64,000 bases of DNA from positions 288,001-352,000 of the forward strand of contig JBIJDH010000003.1 of the NCBI GenBank assembly GCA_044344255.1. Reading direction: 5' to 3'. Each line of letters starts with the position of its first letter. The first letter of the stretch is position 1. Below are positions 32,094 through 40,813 of this stretch, one piece after another. The translations under genes were made by a program, and so were the position numbers. This stretch comes from Myxococcota bacterium (GTDB lineage Bacteria; Myxococcota_A; UBA796; UBA2385). The notes under the pieces are model-generated. The model saw only the letters and a list, made by a program, of their open reading frames with translations, was not told the origin of the DNA and made no database searches.

Positions 32094-32958
32094 CGTAGAG
32101 CCCCACCTTCTGGACGGTGGCCTGCCCAAGCGCCCCCGAGGGGCAGCCGAGGTCCACCCCGAGGTCCCAGCGCTGGTGATCGAAGCGGGCGGCCTCGGCC
32201 CCGAGGCGGGCCGCCTGGGCCGGCCAGAGCTCGGAGAGGGGGCCGAGCAGGGACGCGGTCGGCACCCGGCTGAAATAGAGGGCGTCGGTCTCGGCCTTCA
32301 TCGCGTAACAGACCGAGTGGCAGTCGAGCAGCGCGGGCTGGGACAGCCACCGCCGCTGCGACGCGTCGCCGAGGCGCCAGGCCCCGCGGACACGGTCGCG
32401 CAGGAGCGCCCGCTCGGCGGGCTGCGGATAGAACCAGTAGCTGCCCTCGAAGCAGAGGCGGCCGGCGTCGAGGCGCATCGAGACGCCGTCGTAGCCCTCG
32501 GCCGATCGGCGGCCAGCCAGATAGACCCGAAAGGGCGGCGCCACCCCCGCCGACAGGGCGGCGGCGTCGAGCTCGAGGCTGCACATGAGATAGGGCAGTC
32601 GCTCGTCGGCGGTCGCCTGGAGCTCGATGTGGGAGCCGAGCCGCGCGGCGATGCGGCGGACGGACTTCGGGCTGCCGGGGGCGTTGCGGCAGTGGTTGTA
32701 CCAATAGAGCTCGAGGCTCGGCGGGCCCTCGCGGCGGGCCTTGATGCCCCACACCGTCTCGTCTGGGCCGAGCGCGGCCTGCAGGGCCTCTACCATCGGC
32801 CAGACCCGGTCGAGCCAGCCCTGGTCGCGCAGCCAGGCCCGGAAGAGCGAGGCGTTGTGCAGGCGCCCCTCGAGCGGGGCCGCGGGGGCGTAGTCCTCCA
32901 GCACGTAGTCCCGCAGGCGGGGCGTGGGCGGCTGGGGGAGCCGGTCGTCTTCAACCAT
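32083..32958 (-). CDS. Hypothetical protein in the oxygenase/radical SAM operon
   Basis: Overlaps neighbours on both sides. Segments TVWGIK, LELYWY, DALYFSR and terminal GLYGVF. Confidence 0.75.
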   Translation of the reverse strand: MVEDDRLPQPPTPRLRDYVLEDYAPAAPLEGRLHNASLFRAWLRDQGWLDRVWPMVEALQAALGPDETVWGIKARREGPPSLELYWYNHCRNAPGSPKSVRRIAARLGSHIELQATADERLPYLMCSLELDAAALSAGVAPPFRVYLAGRRSAEGYDGVSMRLDAGRLCFEGSYWFYPQPAERALLRDRVRGAWRLGDASQRRWLSQPALLDCHSVCYAMKAETDALYFSRVPTASLLGPLSELWPAQAARLGAEAARFDHQRWDLGVDLGCPSGALGQATVQKVGLYGVF

Positions 32959-33952
32959 CGGCGGGCCCTATCCCGGCGGCGGGCTCTGCGAAGGCGGCGC
33001 CCCAGAGCGCGAGCAGGGCGGCGAGGCCGGGCTCGTCCTGGGCGGGCCAGAGGCCGGGCGGGCCGCCGCAGAGGGCCACGTAGTCCTCCACCTCGGTGAG
33101 GTGATCGGTGCGCAGCTCCTCCCAGCGCAGCCGCCCGTCGAGCAGCGCCTCGCCCTGCTCGGCCACCCGCGTCGGGGCGAAGGGATGGCGGAGGGCGGCC
33201 ATCGGCGGCTCGGGGGCTGGGAGCGTGGCCAGGGTGAAGCTCACGCAGTGGTCCGCGTCTTCGGGCACCCGCCAGACGAGGTGCCGCCGCCAGCCGAGGG
33301 CGGGGGACAGGGGCGCGTCGAATTCCAGGCGGTTGGGCATCTGGAAGCGGACCGGGCGGAGCTCGGGGGCGCCGGCCTCGATGTGGAGCTGGAAGCCGCC
33401 GGGCTCGGGCTCCACGCGCGCGGTCCAGCCCTGGGCGAGCAAGGCGGCGAGGCCAGAGCGGCGGTGGGCGGCGGCGATGTGCGCGACGTCGAGGCTGTTC
33501 TGGAGGCGGGCGAAGAAGGTGCAGGGCCAGCGCTCGGGGGGGAGGCAGCGCAGCGGGCCGTCGAGCTCCGGGATGACCGGGAAGGGGGCCGGCGGGGCCG
33601 CGCCGAACCACCCGAAGACGAGGCCGCCTCGCTCCTCGACGGGCCGCAGGCGGAGCGGGGGCCCCTGCCCGGCCCCCCCGGTGCGGGCGTCGTAACAGAG
33701 GCCGTGGTGGTGGCACTCGAGCGCCGCCCCGCGCACCCGGCCGAGCGAGAGGCGGGTGCCACGGTGGGGGCAGCGGGCCGCTGACAGAACGGCGGCCCCG
33801 CCCTCGGTGCGCCAGAGCAGCCAGTCCTCGCCGAGGCAGCGGAGGGGCAGGAGGCCGCCGGGTGCGAGGTCGAGGCTGCGGGCCACCGGCTGCCAGGCGG
33901 CGCGGAGGAGGCGGCCGGCGGGGCCCTCGGGGCGGAGGTCGAGCGGGATCAT
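32951..33952 (-). CDS. Rieske non-heme iron oxygenase (VanA/phthalate-dioxygenase-like alpha subunit)
   Basis: Rieske CPH-x16-CHHH. Mononuclear Fe site NSLDVAH....H, with a distal ED. Confidence 0.9.
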   Translation of the reverse strand: MIPLDLRPEGPAGRLLRAAWQPVARSLDLAPGGLLPLRCLGEDWLLWRTEGGAAVLSAARCPHRGTRLSLGRVRGAALECHHHGLCYDARTGGAGQGPPLRLRPVEERGGLVFGWFGAAPPAPFPVIPELDGPLRCLPPERWPCTFFARLQNSLDVAHIAAAHRRSGLAALLAQGWTARVEPEPGGFQLHIEAGAPELRPVRFQMPNRLEFDAPLSPALGWRRHLVWRVPEDADHCVSFTLATLPAPEPPMAALRHPFAPTRVAEQGEALLDGRLRWEELRTDHLTEVEDYVALCGGPPGLWPAQDEPGLAALLALWGAAFAEPAAGIGPADG

Positions 33953-34053
33953 GCGGGGCCCTAACCCTGGGCGCGGGGGAGGGCAGGGGAGGGGACGGGC
34001 GGGCCTCCCGGGCCCGCTTGACAGCGGCGCCCGCGGCGCACTATCGGCCCGGC

Positions 34054-35079
34054 ATGAACAATGGCCGCCTGACCGCCCTCGCCTCGGGCGTCGCCCTCGC
34101 CCTGTTGCTGCCCGCGGGGGCGGAGGTGCTGCTCCGACAGACGGTGGGGGGGCCCACCCTCGAGCGCTACACGCTCTATCGGCTCCACGGCGCCGATGGA
34201 TACACCATGATCTCGGCGACGCGAGACCCTGTGCTGCTGCTCGACGAGGCCTCGGCCCTCCTGTCCCCCGACCTGCGTCTCCTCTGGTCACTCCGCCCCT
34301 CGCTCGAGCTCGTCGCGGACAACCTGTCCTTTGGACAGCCCAGCCCCTGGACGGTGCGCACCGGGGCGGATGGCTTCCGCCTGCCGAGCGCCCCCGAGGC
34401 CGAGCTCATCGCCCTCGGCGACTCCTGCACCTTCGGCTGGGGGGTGGGTGACACGGAGGCCTGGCCGAGCGCCCTGTCCCGCCGCCTCGGGCGCTCGGTG
34501 CGGAACCTCGGCGTGCCCGGCTACACCCTCCTCCAGGGCGAGGCCCTGCTCGACACCCTCGCTGTCCCGGCCGACCGCACCTTGATCCTCGCCTTCGGGG
34601 CCAATGACGGCCACAAGGTGCTCCGGGGAGACGCCGCGTGGCTGGCGGAGCGGGCCAGCCCGGCGGGGGGCGTCCGGGCCTGGCTCGCGGGTCTGTACCT
34701 CATCCAGTGGGGCCAGCACGCGCTCTATCCGGCCTATGCCCGGGCGACCGCGCTGGCGGCCCCCGAGCTCGGCCCGCGGGTGTCACCGGCGGAGTTCGGC
34801 GCGGCGCTCGAGCGGCTCAGCCGCCGCGGGAACCCCCTGCTGCTGATCTCGATCTGCGCGCGGGACGAGTATCGCCGCGAGATGGAGGCGGCGGCGGGGC
34901 GCCCACCCCTCGTGTTGGCCGACTCGCTCGGCATCCCCACCCTTGATGGCTGTCACCCCACCGCGTCCGGCCACGCCGCCCTCGCCGCGGCGGTGGACGG
35001 CGCGCTCGCGGGGGCGGGGCGCCCGGCGGGCGGGGGGGCGATCGACGTGAACTCCCCGTCCCCCCAGATGTCGAGGTAG
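34054..35079 (+). CDS. Membrane-anchored SGNH/GDSL hydrolase
   Basis: Motifs GDS, NLGVPGY, GAND and DGCHP. N-terminal TM. Confidence 0.85.
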   Translation: MNNGRLTALASGVALALLLPAGAEVLLRQTVGGPTLERYTLYRLHGADGYTMISATRDPVLLLDEASALLSPDLRLLWSLRPSLELVADNLSFGQPSPWTVRTGADGFRLPSAPEAELIALGDSCTFGWGVGDTEAWPSALSRRLGRSVRNLGVPGYTLLQGEALLDTLAVPADRTLILAFGANDGHKVLRGDAAWLAERASPAGGVRAWLAGLYLIQWGQHALYPAYARATALAAPELGPRVSPAEFGAALERLSRRGNPLLLISICARDEYRREMEAAAGRPPLVLADSLGIPTLDGCHPTASGHAALAAAVDGALAGAGRPAGGGAIDVNSPSPQMSR

Positions 35080-36194
35080 CCCTTCCACACGCCCTCGCAG
35101 GTCTGCGCGCGGCTGCAGGCCCCGCAGGCCGCCGGGTGCCCCTTCATGTCGAAGCGCTTGCGGTCCTGCCAGTTGAAGCGGGAGCGGCTCCCGTCGGGGT
35201 CGATCTGCACGACGGGCGCGGTGGGGAAGTCTGTCCAGGTGTCGGGCACCACCCGGCGCCCGGTGGGCAGGTGGTCGCCGCCGTCGGTGGCGATCGAGGC
35301 GGCGGTGCGGAGGTCGCGGTACTCGCCCATGTGGCGCTCGAGCAGCGCAGGATCGTCCCGTAGGGCCGCCGGCAACACGCAGAGGGGGAAGCCCCCGAAG
35401 GTGAAGGTGCGCTTGAAGTGGAGCTCGGAGAGGAGCACACACTTCACCAGCACCGGCACCACGGCGCTGTAGCGGGCGGTGAGCGCCGCGTCGCCGATCG
35501 CGTATCCCTCGGGGCGGAGGAAGTTGGCGCGGATGTCGTCCACGCCCATCTCTTCGTAGAAGAAGCGCAGCATCCGCGGGAGGTGGAGGTAGTTCCACCC
35601 ATTGATGACGATGTTGATCGACAGGCCGTCGGGCAGCCGGCCCTGGGCGCGGGCCGCAGCGAGGCCCTGGAGCGCGGTCACCTTCTTTGCGAAATTGCCC
35701 GGGACGCGGGTGAGGCGGTCTTCTAGCGCGGCGGTGTGCCCGTGCATCGAGACGGTCAGGCGGGTGAGCCCGGCCTCGAGCAGGCGGGCCCGAAACGCGG
35801 GGAGGCGCAGCTTGGTGGCGTTCGTGGCCAGCGTCACCCGCGAGAAGCCGAGCGAGCGGGCGAGGCCGACCGCCTCGACGATGTGGGGGTAGGTGGTGGG
35901 CTCCCCGCCGAGGAAGCCGACCGACTCATAACCGGCCTCGGCCCAGCGCCGGAGCTCGGCCTGCATCGCCGGCCAGGGCATATACGAGCGGTCTTCGGCC
36001 TTCGGCAGCCCGTCGAGGCAGAAGACGCAGCGGTTGTTACAGGCCTTTCCGATGTTGATCTCGACGTTCTTCCGGCCGTCTCGCACGCCGCTCTCGGGCT
36101 GGGGGTGGAGCTGCCCGACCGCGGCCGCCGGGTTGCCGCGGGCCGCCGCTGCGCCGGGGCGCGGGCCCGGGATCGTCGAGCCGGGCTCGCTCAC
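34953..36194 (-). CDS. Radical SAM protein with C-terminal CxxC-x5-C motif (HxsC-like)
   Basis: GTGA-coupled start. Motifs CNNRCVFC, GGEPT, TNA, FPLC and CGACSRAQTCEGVWKGY. Confidence 0.9.
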   Translation of the reverse strand: MSEPGSTIPGPRPGAAAARGNPAAAVGQLHPQPESGVRDGRKNVEINIGKACNNRCVFCLDGLPKAEDRSYMPWPAMQAELRRWAEAGYESVGFLGGEPTTYPHIVEAVGLARSLGFSRVTLATNATKLRLPAFRARLLEAGLTRLTVSMHGHTAALEDRLTRVPGNFAKKVTALQGLAAARAQGRLPDGLSINIVINGWNYLHLPRMLRFFYEEMGVDDIRANFLRPEGYAIGDAALTARYSAVVPVLVKCVLLSELHFKRTFTFGGFPLCVLPAALRDDPALLERHMGEYRDLRTAASIATDGGDHLPTGRRVVPDTWTDFPTAPVVQIDPDGSRSRFNWQDRKRFDMKGHPAACGACSRAQTCEGVWKGYLDIWGDGEFTSIAPPPAGRPAPASAPSTAAARAAWPDAVG

Positions 36195-36976
36195 GTCGCG
36201 CTCACCCGCCCCGCCGCGCTGGCCCGGGCGACCTCGGCCTCGGCGTCGGCGTAGAGGAGGTCGAAGGGCTCGGTGAGGAGGTCTGGGGAGCGGAAGGTGT
36301 GCTGGGCGCTCCGCCCGACGGTGCGGGTGGCGATGGAGTCCACCACCCCGCCCACGAGCCCGCCCACCAAGGGGACGAGGCGGCTCAGGTTGATGAGCCC
36401 GCGGGAGCCGAATTTGGTGAGGAGCCGGAAGCCGATCTTCCGGTTGATCGCGAAGATGAGCCGCCCGGGCACCTTGCGCACCGCCCCGAGCGCGACAGAC
36501 TTCCCGACCATCGCCGTCACCCGTTTGACCCCCTCTCTCCCCACGTCTCCGGTGAGCGACAGGAACACGAAGGTGCGCACCCGCTCGTCGTCGAGTGAAT
36601 ATCCGTGGAGGTGAGCCACGGCGCCCGCGAGGCGCGCTTGGAGCATGATCGCCGAGACCATCGAGGCCGGCATCAGCAGAAGCACGGCCGTGAGCCCCGG
36701 GAAGCCGGTGAGGAAGCCGGTCGTGAAGCCCTTCCAGGCCTCGTTGGAGATGAGGGCGCTCACCCGCTCCTCGTTGGTGCTGTACCGGGGGTCGCGCCGA
36801 ACGGCCTCGGCGAGGGCCGCCGATCCGGCGAAGGGCCCGACGCCGTCGATGCCCTTGTCGACCAGCGAGCGCAGCCAGCGCGCCAGCGTGTGGCCGATCC
36901 CCTTGCCCTCCTCCCCCGAGTCCGAACTCCACTCTGACGCTGACGCTGGCACGGACTCTGACGCTGGTACTGACAT
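36191..36976 (-). CDS. EcsC family protein
   Basis: Motifs GFLTGFPG, AVAHLHGY, INRKIGFRLLTKFG and LVPLVGGLVGG. Confidence 0.85.
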   Translation of the reverse strand: MSVPASESVPASASEWSSDSGEEGKGIGHTLARWLRSLVDKGIDGVGPFAGSAALAEAVRRDPRYSTNEERVSALISNEAWKGFTTGFLTGFPGLTAVLLLMPASMVSAIMLQARLAGAVAHLHGYSLDDERVRTFVFLSLTGDVGREGVKRVTAMVGKSVALGAVRKVPGRLIFAINRKIGFRLLTKFGSRGLINLSRLVPLVGGLVGGVVDSIATRTVGRSAQHTFRSPDLLTEPFDLLYADAEAEVARASAAGRVSAT

Positions 36977-37017
36977 CGGGCGCTCCTCTGCGTGCGGGCC
37001 CTGTCCCGCTCCGCCCC

Positions 37018-37914
37018 TCACATATGCCATATCGGGCTCGTGGCCGAGGGGTCGAGGCCGGGAGGCGTCGGGAGGATCTGGCGGAGGTAGCCCTCCACCC
37101 CCTTCTCCTTCTTCCAGTGCCGCGGGTATCCGAGCGCCACCTCCTCGAAGCGCACCCCGTCCCGCCAGTCGGTGGCGCGCATGTGGAGGTGGCCGGTGAC
37201 CACCACCTCGATCGGGTAGCGCCGGTGCCAGTCTTCGGTGCGACGGGTCCCGCACCAGGGCGAGAAGCGGGGGATGCGGAACAGGCGAACGAGGTCGCGG
37301 CGCAGCGGGTAGTGGCTGAGCAGCACGATCGGACCCTCGACAGACGACAGGCGCTCCTCGGCGATACGGTGGCGGGCCGCGCACCAGGCGTCCATCGAGG
37401 GCCAGGGGTCCGGGTGCAGCCAGTGGTCGTCGGTGGAGCGGATGCCGTGCTCCCCCGCCCAGTCAATGACGGCCTCCCGCGACACGTCATCGGGGCGGAA
37501 GCTGAAGTCGTACAGGCAGAAGAGCGGCACGATCGTCGCCGGGCCGCCGGGGCCGGTCCAGCGGGCGGGCGGGTCTTCGGGGCTCAGCACCCCGTGGCGG
37601 CGGCAGCGCTCGAGGAGCAGGCTGTACCGGTCCTCCCCGCGGGGGCCGCCGTCGCGCACCCAGAGCTCGTGGTTGCCCGGCACCCAGAAGACCTTCTCGA
37701 AGCGGTCGGTCAGGACCTCGAAGGCCTGGTCGAGCGTGGCGGGGCGATCGCCCACGTCGCCGGCCACGAGCAGCCAGTCGTCGGGGTGGGGCGGCAGGGC
37801 CTTGAGCGCGTCGAGGTTGCCGGGGTGGTCGACGTGCAGATCGCTGATCGCCAGCAGGCGCGGTGAGGCGGGGCCGGGAGGCGTGGCGGGAGCGGAGGGG
37901 GCGCCGGCGGACAT
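37018..37914 (-). CDS. Calcineurin-like metallophosphoesterase, PptH/SCO6672-like
   Basis: Motifs SDLH, AGDV, PGNHELW, WCGT...DWH, GHLH and DGVRFEEVALGYP. Confidence 0.85.
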   Translation of the reverse strand: MSAGAPSAPATPPGPASPRLLAISDLHVDHPGNLDALKALPPHPDDWLLVAGDVGDRPATLDQAFEVLTDRFEKVFWVPGNHELWVRDGGPRGEDRYSLLLERCRRHGVLSPEDPPARWTGPGGPATIVPLFCLYDFSFRPDDVSREAVIDWAGEHGIRSTDDHWLHPDPWPSMDAWCAARHRIAEERLSSVEGPIVLLSHYPLRRDLVRLFRIPRFSPWCGTRRTEDWHRRYPIEVVVTGHLHMRATDWRDGVRFEEVALGYPRHWKKEKGVEGYLRQILPTPPGLDPSATSPIWHM

Positions 37915-37921
37915 GGGGGGC

Positions 37922-37953
37922 AGTCTACCCCCGCCCGCGGCGCGGGGTAGGCT
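37922..37953. promoter_or_regulatory. Candidate back-to-back -10 elements (TAGACT on minus, TAGGCT on plus) in a near-palindrome
   Basis: AGTCTACCCC...GGGGTAGGCT between divergent genes. Confidence 0.45.
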
Positions 37954-37977
37954 CCCGGACCCTCCACTGGAGCGCCC

Positions 37978-38781
37978 ATGCGCTTTCACGACCACCCCCT
38001 CTTCGACGACCCCTCGCGCCCCGACGGCCCCCCGGTGACGAGCGCCCACCTCGCCGAGGCCGAGCGTGCCCTGGGTCGCCGGCTGCCGGCCGCGTATGGC
38101 GAGGCGCTCCGCCTCTCGAACGGCGGGCGGCTGCGGCGCGGGCGCGCTCCCGCGGGGGGCCCCACCCGCTACGGCGGGCCGTGGGTCGATCTCCGAGACA
38201 TCCTCGGGGTGGGCTACGAGGGCTCTATGGAAGAGAGCGCTCGCCTCGTGCGGGAGTGGGATTATCCGCGCGACTGCCTCGTCCTGTCCTCGGAGGGGCC
38301 CACCGCCGTGCTGCTCGACTACCGCGGGGCCGCGGAGGCCGAGCCCCGCGTGACCTTCGTCGACACCGACCAAGACGAGGGCGGCGCCCCCCTCGAGCGA
38401 GCGCTCTCACCCGACCTCGGGGCCTTCTTCCGCCGCCTCCGTTACGTGCGGAGCCGCACGGAGGTGGCGCTGGCCCTCGACCTCGGCCGCCCCGCGCTGC
38501 TCGCGCTCTGGGCGGAGCTCGGCGCCGAGGGGCCCGCCCGCGAGGACTACGAGGGCGGCTACAGCCTCTCCCTCCCGGGTTGGGACTCCGCCGAGACCGG
38601 CCCCGCGATCCTGCGCAGCCGAGAGAACCGGCGTGTCGACCGCACCTGGGCGCTGCCCGAGCTGCCCGACCACCGGTGGATCGTCGAGACCACGCTCGTC
38701 ACGGAGCAGGTCCCCACCTTCCTCACCCGCCTCGAGGCCCTCGTCGGCCCGGGCGCGGCCCTGCTGCTCCACTCGCGCTGA
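37978..38781 (+). CDS. SMI1/KNR4 (SUKH) family protein
   Basis: Motifs LAEAERALGRRLPAAY....SNGG, EWDYP and LLDYR....EPRV. Confidence 0.9.
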   Translation: MRFHDHPLFDDPSRPDGPPVTSAHLAEAERALGRRLPAAYGEALRLSNGGRLRRGRAPAGGPTRYGGPWVDLRDILGVGYEGSMEESARLVREWDYPRDCLVLSSEGPTAVLLDYRGAAEAEPRVTFVDTDQDEGGAPLERALSPDLGAFFRRLRYVRSRTEVALALDLGRPALLALWAELGAEGPAREDYEGGYSLSLPGWDSAETGPAILRSRENRRVDRTWALPELPDHRWIVETTLVTEQVPTFLTRLEALVGPGAALLLHSR

Positions 38782-38870
38782 GCCCCCGCCGCGCCGCGGT
38801 GTGGCCGGGGATCGCCCAGAGATCGGCGTGATAACATCGCGGCGCCCGGCTACCCGCTCGTGGAGCTCCC

Positions 38871-39518
38871 GTGTCGCGATGTCTCTCCTCCCGTCCCTCC
38901 GCTCGGCTGCTCAGCCTCCTGTCCCTCTGCGCCTGTGCGGGGAAGGCGGGAGGAGGCGAAGGCGGCGGTGGAGCGGGCGGCGTGGACAGCGGCGCCGCCG
39001 ACACCGGTGGCCCCTCGGCCTCGGTGGCCTGGTTCATCGGCACCTCGGATGGCCAGACCGCAGACGGCAGCTACGTCGCCCCCACCGAGGAGGTGCTGTT
39101 CATCCGCAGCCTGGACCCCTCCGCCAGCACGATGCGCGAAGAAGCCTGGACGGTGGCCGGCAGCGGCCGGGTCTCGGCTTACACGCTCGATCACACCGTC
39201 GACGCAGCGGCGGAGACCTTCTCCAGCACCTTTGACACGGGCTCCGGCGTGCTCCAGGTGGAGGGTGTCTACGACGCCGGCGAGCCCTGGGCCTGGACGG
39301 CCTGGCACAGCCGCTCGGTCTATCAGGACGGGCGCTACGCCGGCGGCTGGGTGGACTCCGTAGACACCTACGACCTCGACGGCACCGGAGAGGCGCACGC
39401 CGAGAAGGGGGTCTTCGACCCCGACGGGACGCTCACCTACTCGATCGTCGAGCACCTGAGCCCGGTCTCTCAGGCCACGCTGGAGGCCCGCCTCGCGGAG
39501 CTCGAGGCGGGGAGCTGA
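38871..39518 (+). CDS. Hypothetical lipoprotein, beta-rich
   Basis: Lipobox LCAC followed by a Gly linker. Confidence 0.7.
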   Translation: MSRCLSSRPSARLLSLLSLCACAGKAGGGEGGGGAGGVDSGAADTGGPSASVAWFIGTSDGQTADGSYVAPTEEVLFIRSLDPSASTMREEAWTVAGSGRVSAYTLDHTVDAAAETFSSTFDTGSGVLQVEGVYDAGEPWAWTAWHSRSVYQDGRYAGGWVDSVDTYDLDGTGEAHAEKGVFDPDGTLTYSIVEHLSPVSQATLEARLAELEAGS

Positions 39519-39541
39519 AGGCCGGGCCCCGACACCGTCCG

Positions 39542-40468
39542 CTCACTCCCCGCCGTCGGCGGGTGTGGAGTCCTCACAGGCGAGCGCGCGGAAGACGGGG
39601 GTGCAGCTCACCGGGATCTGCTGGCCGTAGTTACACTCGGGGTCGGTCTCCTGGAGCTCCGCCTCGCTCGGGACCCACTCCGCCGCGCAGAGGGCGGCGT
39701 CACAGGGGTCTACCCGGTCCCAGTGGCACTCATGGGGGTAGTCCCGAATGAAGGCCCCGACACAATCTTCCATGTCACCAACGAGCACGGGCACATTCAG
39801 GCACCGGAGGAACGCGCCACAAAGCGAAGGGACGACCGTCTCCAGCCACTCATTAAATGACTCATAGACGTAGAGACCCCCGCACTCCCCTTCGGCGCTG
39901 TCCGCGGAGGACGTGTCCCCGTCGGCGGGGTCGACTTTGTCTCCTTCGCCCATCGAGCAGGCGGTGAGCAAGATACCGACCGCCAGGGCCGTCCACGCCC
40001 AAGGGCGGGGAAGAGATTGAGCGGGGGCGGTCTTGTCGCTCATCGTCTCACTCCCCGCCGTCGGCGGGTGTGGAGTCCTCACAGGCGAGCGCGCGGAAGA
40101 CGGGGGTGCAGCTCACCGGGATCTGCTGGCCGTAGTTACACTCGGGGTCGGTCTCCTGGAGCTCCGCCTCGCTCGGGACCCACTCCGCCGCGCAGAGGGC
40201 GGCGTCACAGGGGTCTACCCGGTCCCAGTGGCACTCATATGGGTAGTCTCGAATGAAGGACCCGACACAATCTTCCATGTCACCAACGAGCACGGGCACA
40301 TTCAGGCACCGGAGGAACGCGCCACAAAGCGAAGGGACGACCACCTCCAGCCATTCATTGAATGACTCGTAGACGTAGAGCCCGCCGCACTCCCCTTCGG
40401 CGCTGTCGGCGGGCGAAGTGTCCCCGTCGGCAGGGTCGGCTTTGTCTCCTTTGCCCAGGGAGCAGGCG
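39542..40468. repeat. Tandem direct duplication of ~420 bp (period 505 bp)
   Basis: 39542-~39963 matches 40047-~40468. The first ~190 bp are identical, with scattered mismatches after that. Confidence 0.95.
39543..40043 (-). CDS. Cys-rich lipoprotein, copy 1
   Basis: Lipobox LTAC. Ten further Cys residues. Confidence 0.75.
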   Translation of the reverse strand: MSDKTAPAQSLPRPWAWTALAVGILLTACSMGEGDKVDPADGDTSSADSAEGECGGLYVYESFNEWLETVVPSLCGAFLRCLNVPVLVGDMEDCVGAFIRDYPHECHWDRVDPCDAALCAAEWVPSEAELQETDPECNYGQQIPVSCTPVFRALACEDSTPADGGE

Positions 40469-40584
40469 GCGTGCAAGAGGGGTGCTCCGATCCGGAGGCG
40501 GGCCACCGTTCGGGTACCGGAGGACGGGTCATCGTGCAGAGCTCGGCCGGAGGGCGCGGAGGGGCTCGGGTGTCGGCGCGACAT
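40048..40584 (-). CDS. Cys-rich lipoprotein, copy 2 (divergent, weak signal peptide; start uncertain)
   Basis: Mature region nearly identical to copy 1. HAAC at the lipobox position. Confidence 0.65.
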   Translation of the reverse strand: MSRRHPSPSAPSGRALHDDPSSGTRTVARLRIGAPLLHAACSLGKGDKADPADGDTSPADSAEGECGGLYVYESFNEWLEVVVPSLCGAFLRCLNVPVLVGDMEDCVGSFIRDYPYECHWDRVDPCDAALCAAEWVPSEAELQETDPECNYGQQIPVSCTPVFRALACEDSTPADGGE

Positions 40585-40813
40585 CGGCGCTCCTCTGGGG
40601 CGTGGGGGTTGAGCTTCACGGTCCGACTTCCAGCCAGGATAGCCGCCCCCGGGCCGACCAGCCAGCCAGCGGGCCCGGGAGCGTGTTCCCCCTCGTGCGA
40701 CCTCCGGCGCCGGTCCCCCCGCCCGCCGCCGCGCCGCTCGGCTGGGGCCGCAGCCGGGCCTTCGCCGCGAGGGTGGGCCGTGATAGGTCCCGGGGCTCGG
40801 AGTGTGGGCGCCC

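Noticed and set aside
28413..33952. Hapalindole/welwitindolinone gene cluster
   Set aside because: No isonitrile synthases, Stig cyclases or trp genes. Only the WelO5-like and Rieske families are shared.
39542..40468. Near-identical repeat pair as a diversity-generating retroelement TR/VR
   Set aside because: Mismatches are not adenine-specific, the C-terminal part is invariant, and no reverse transcriptase is present.
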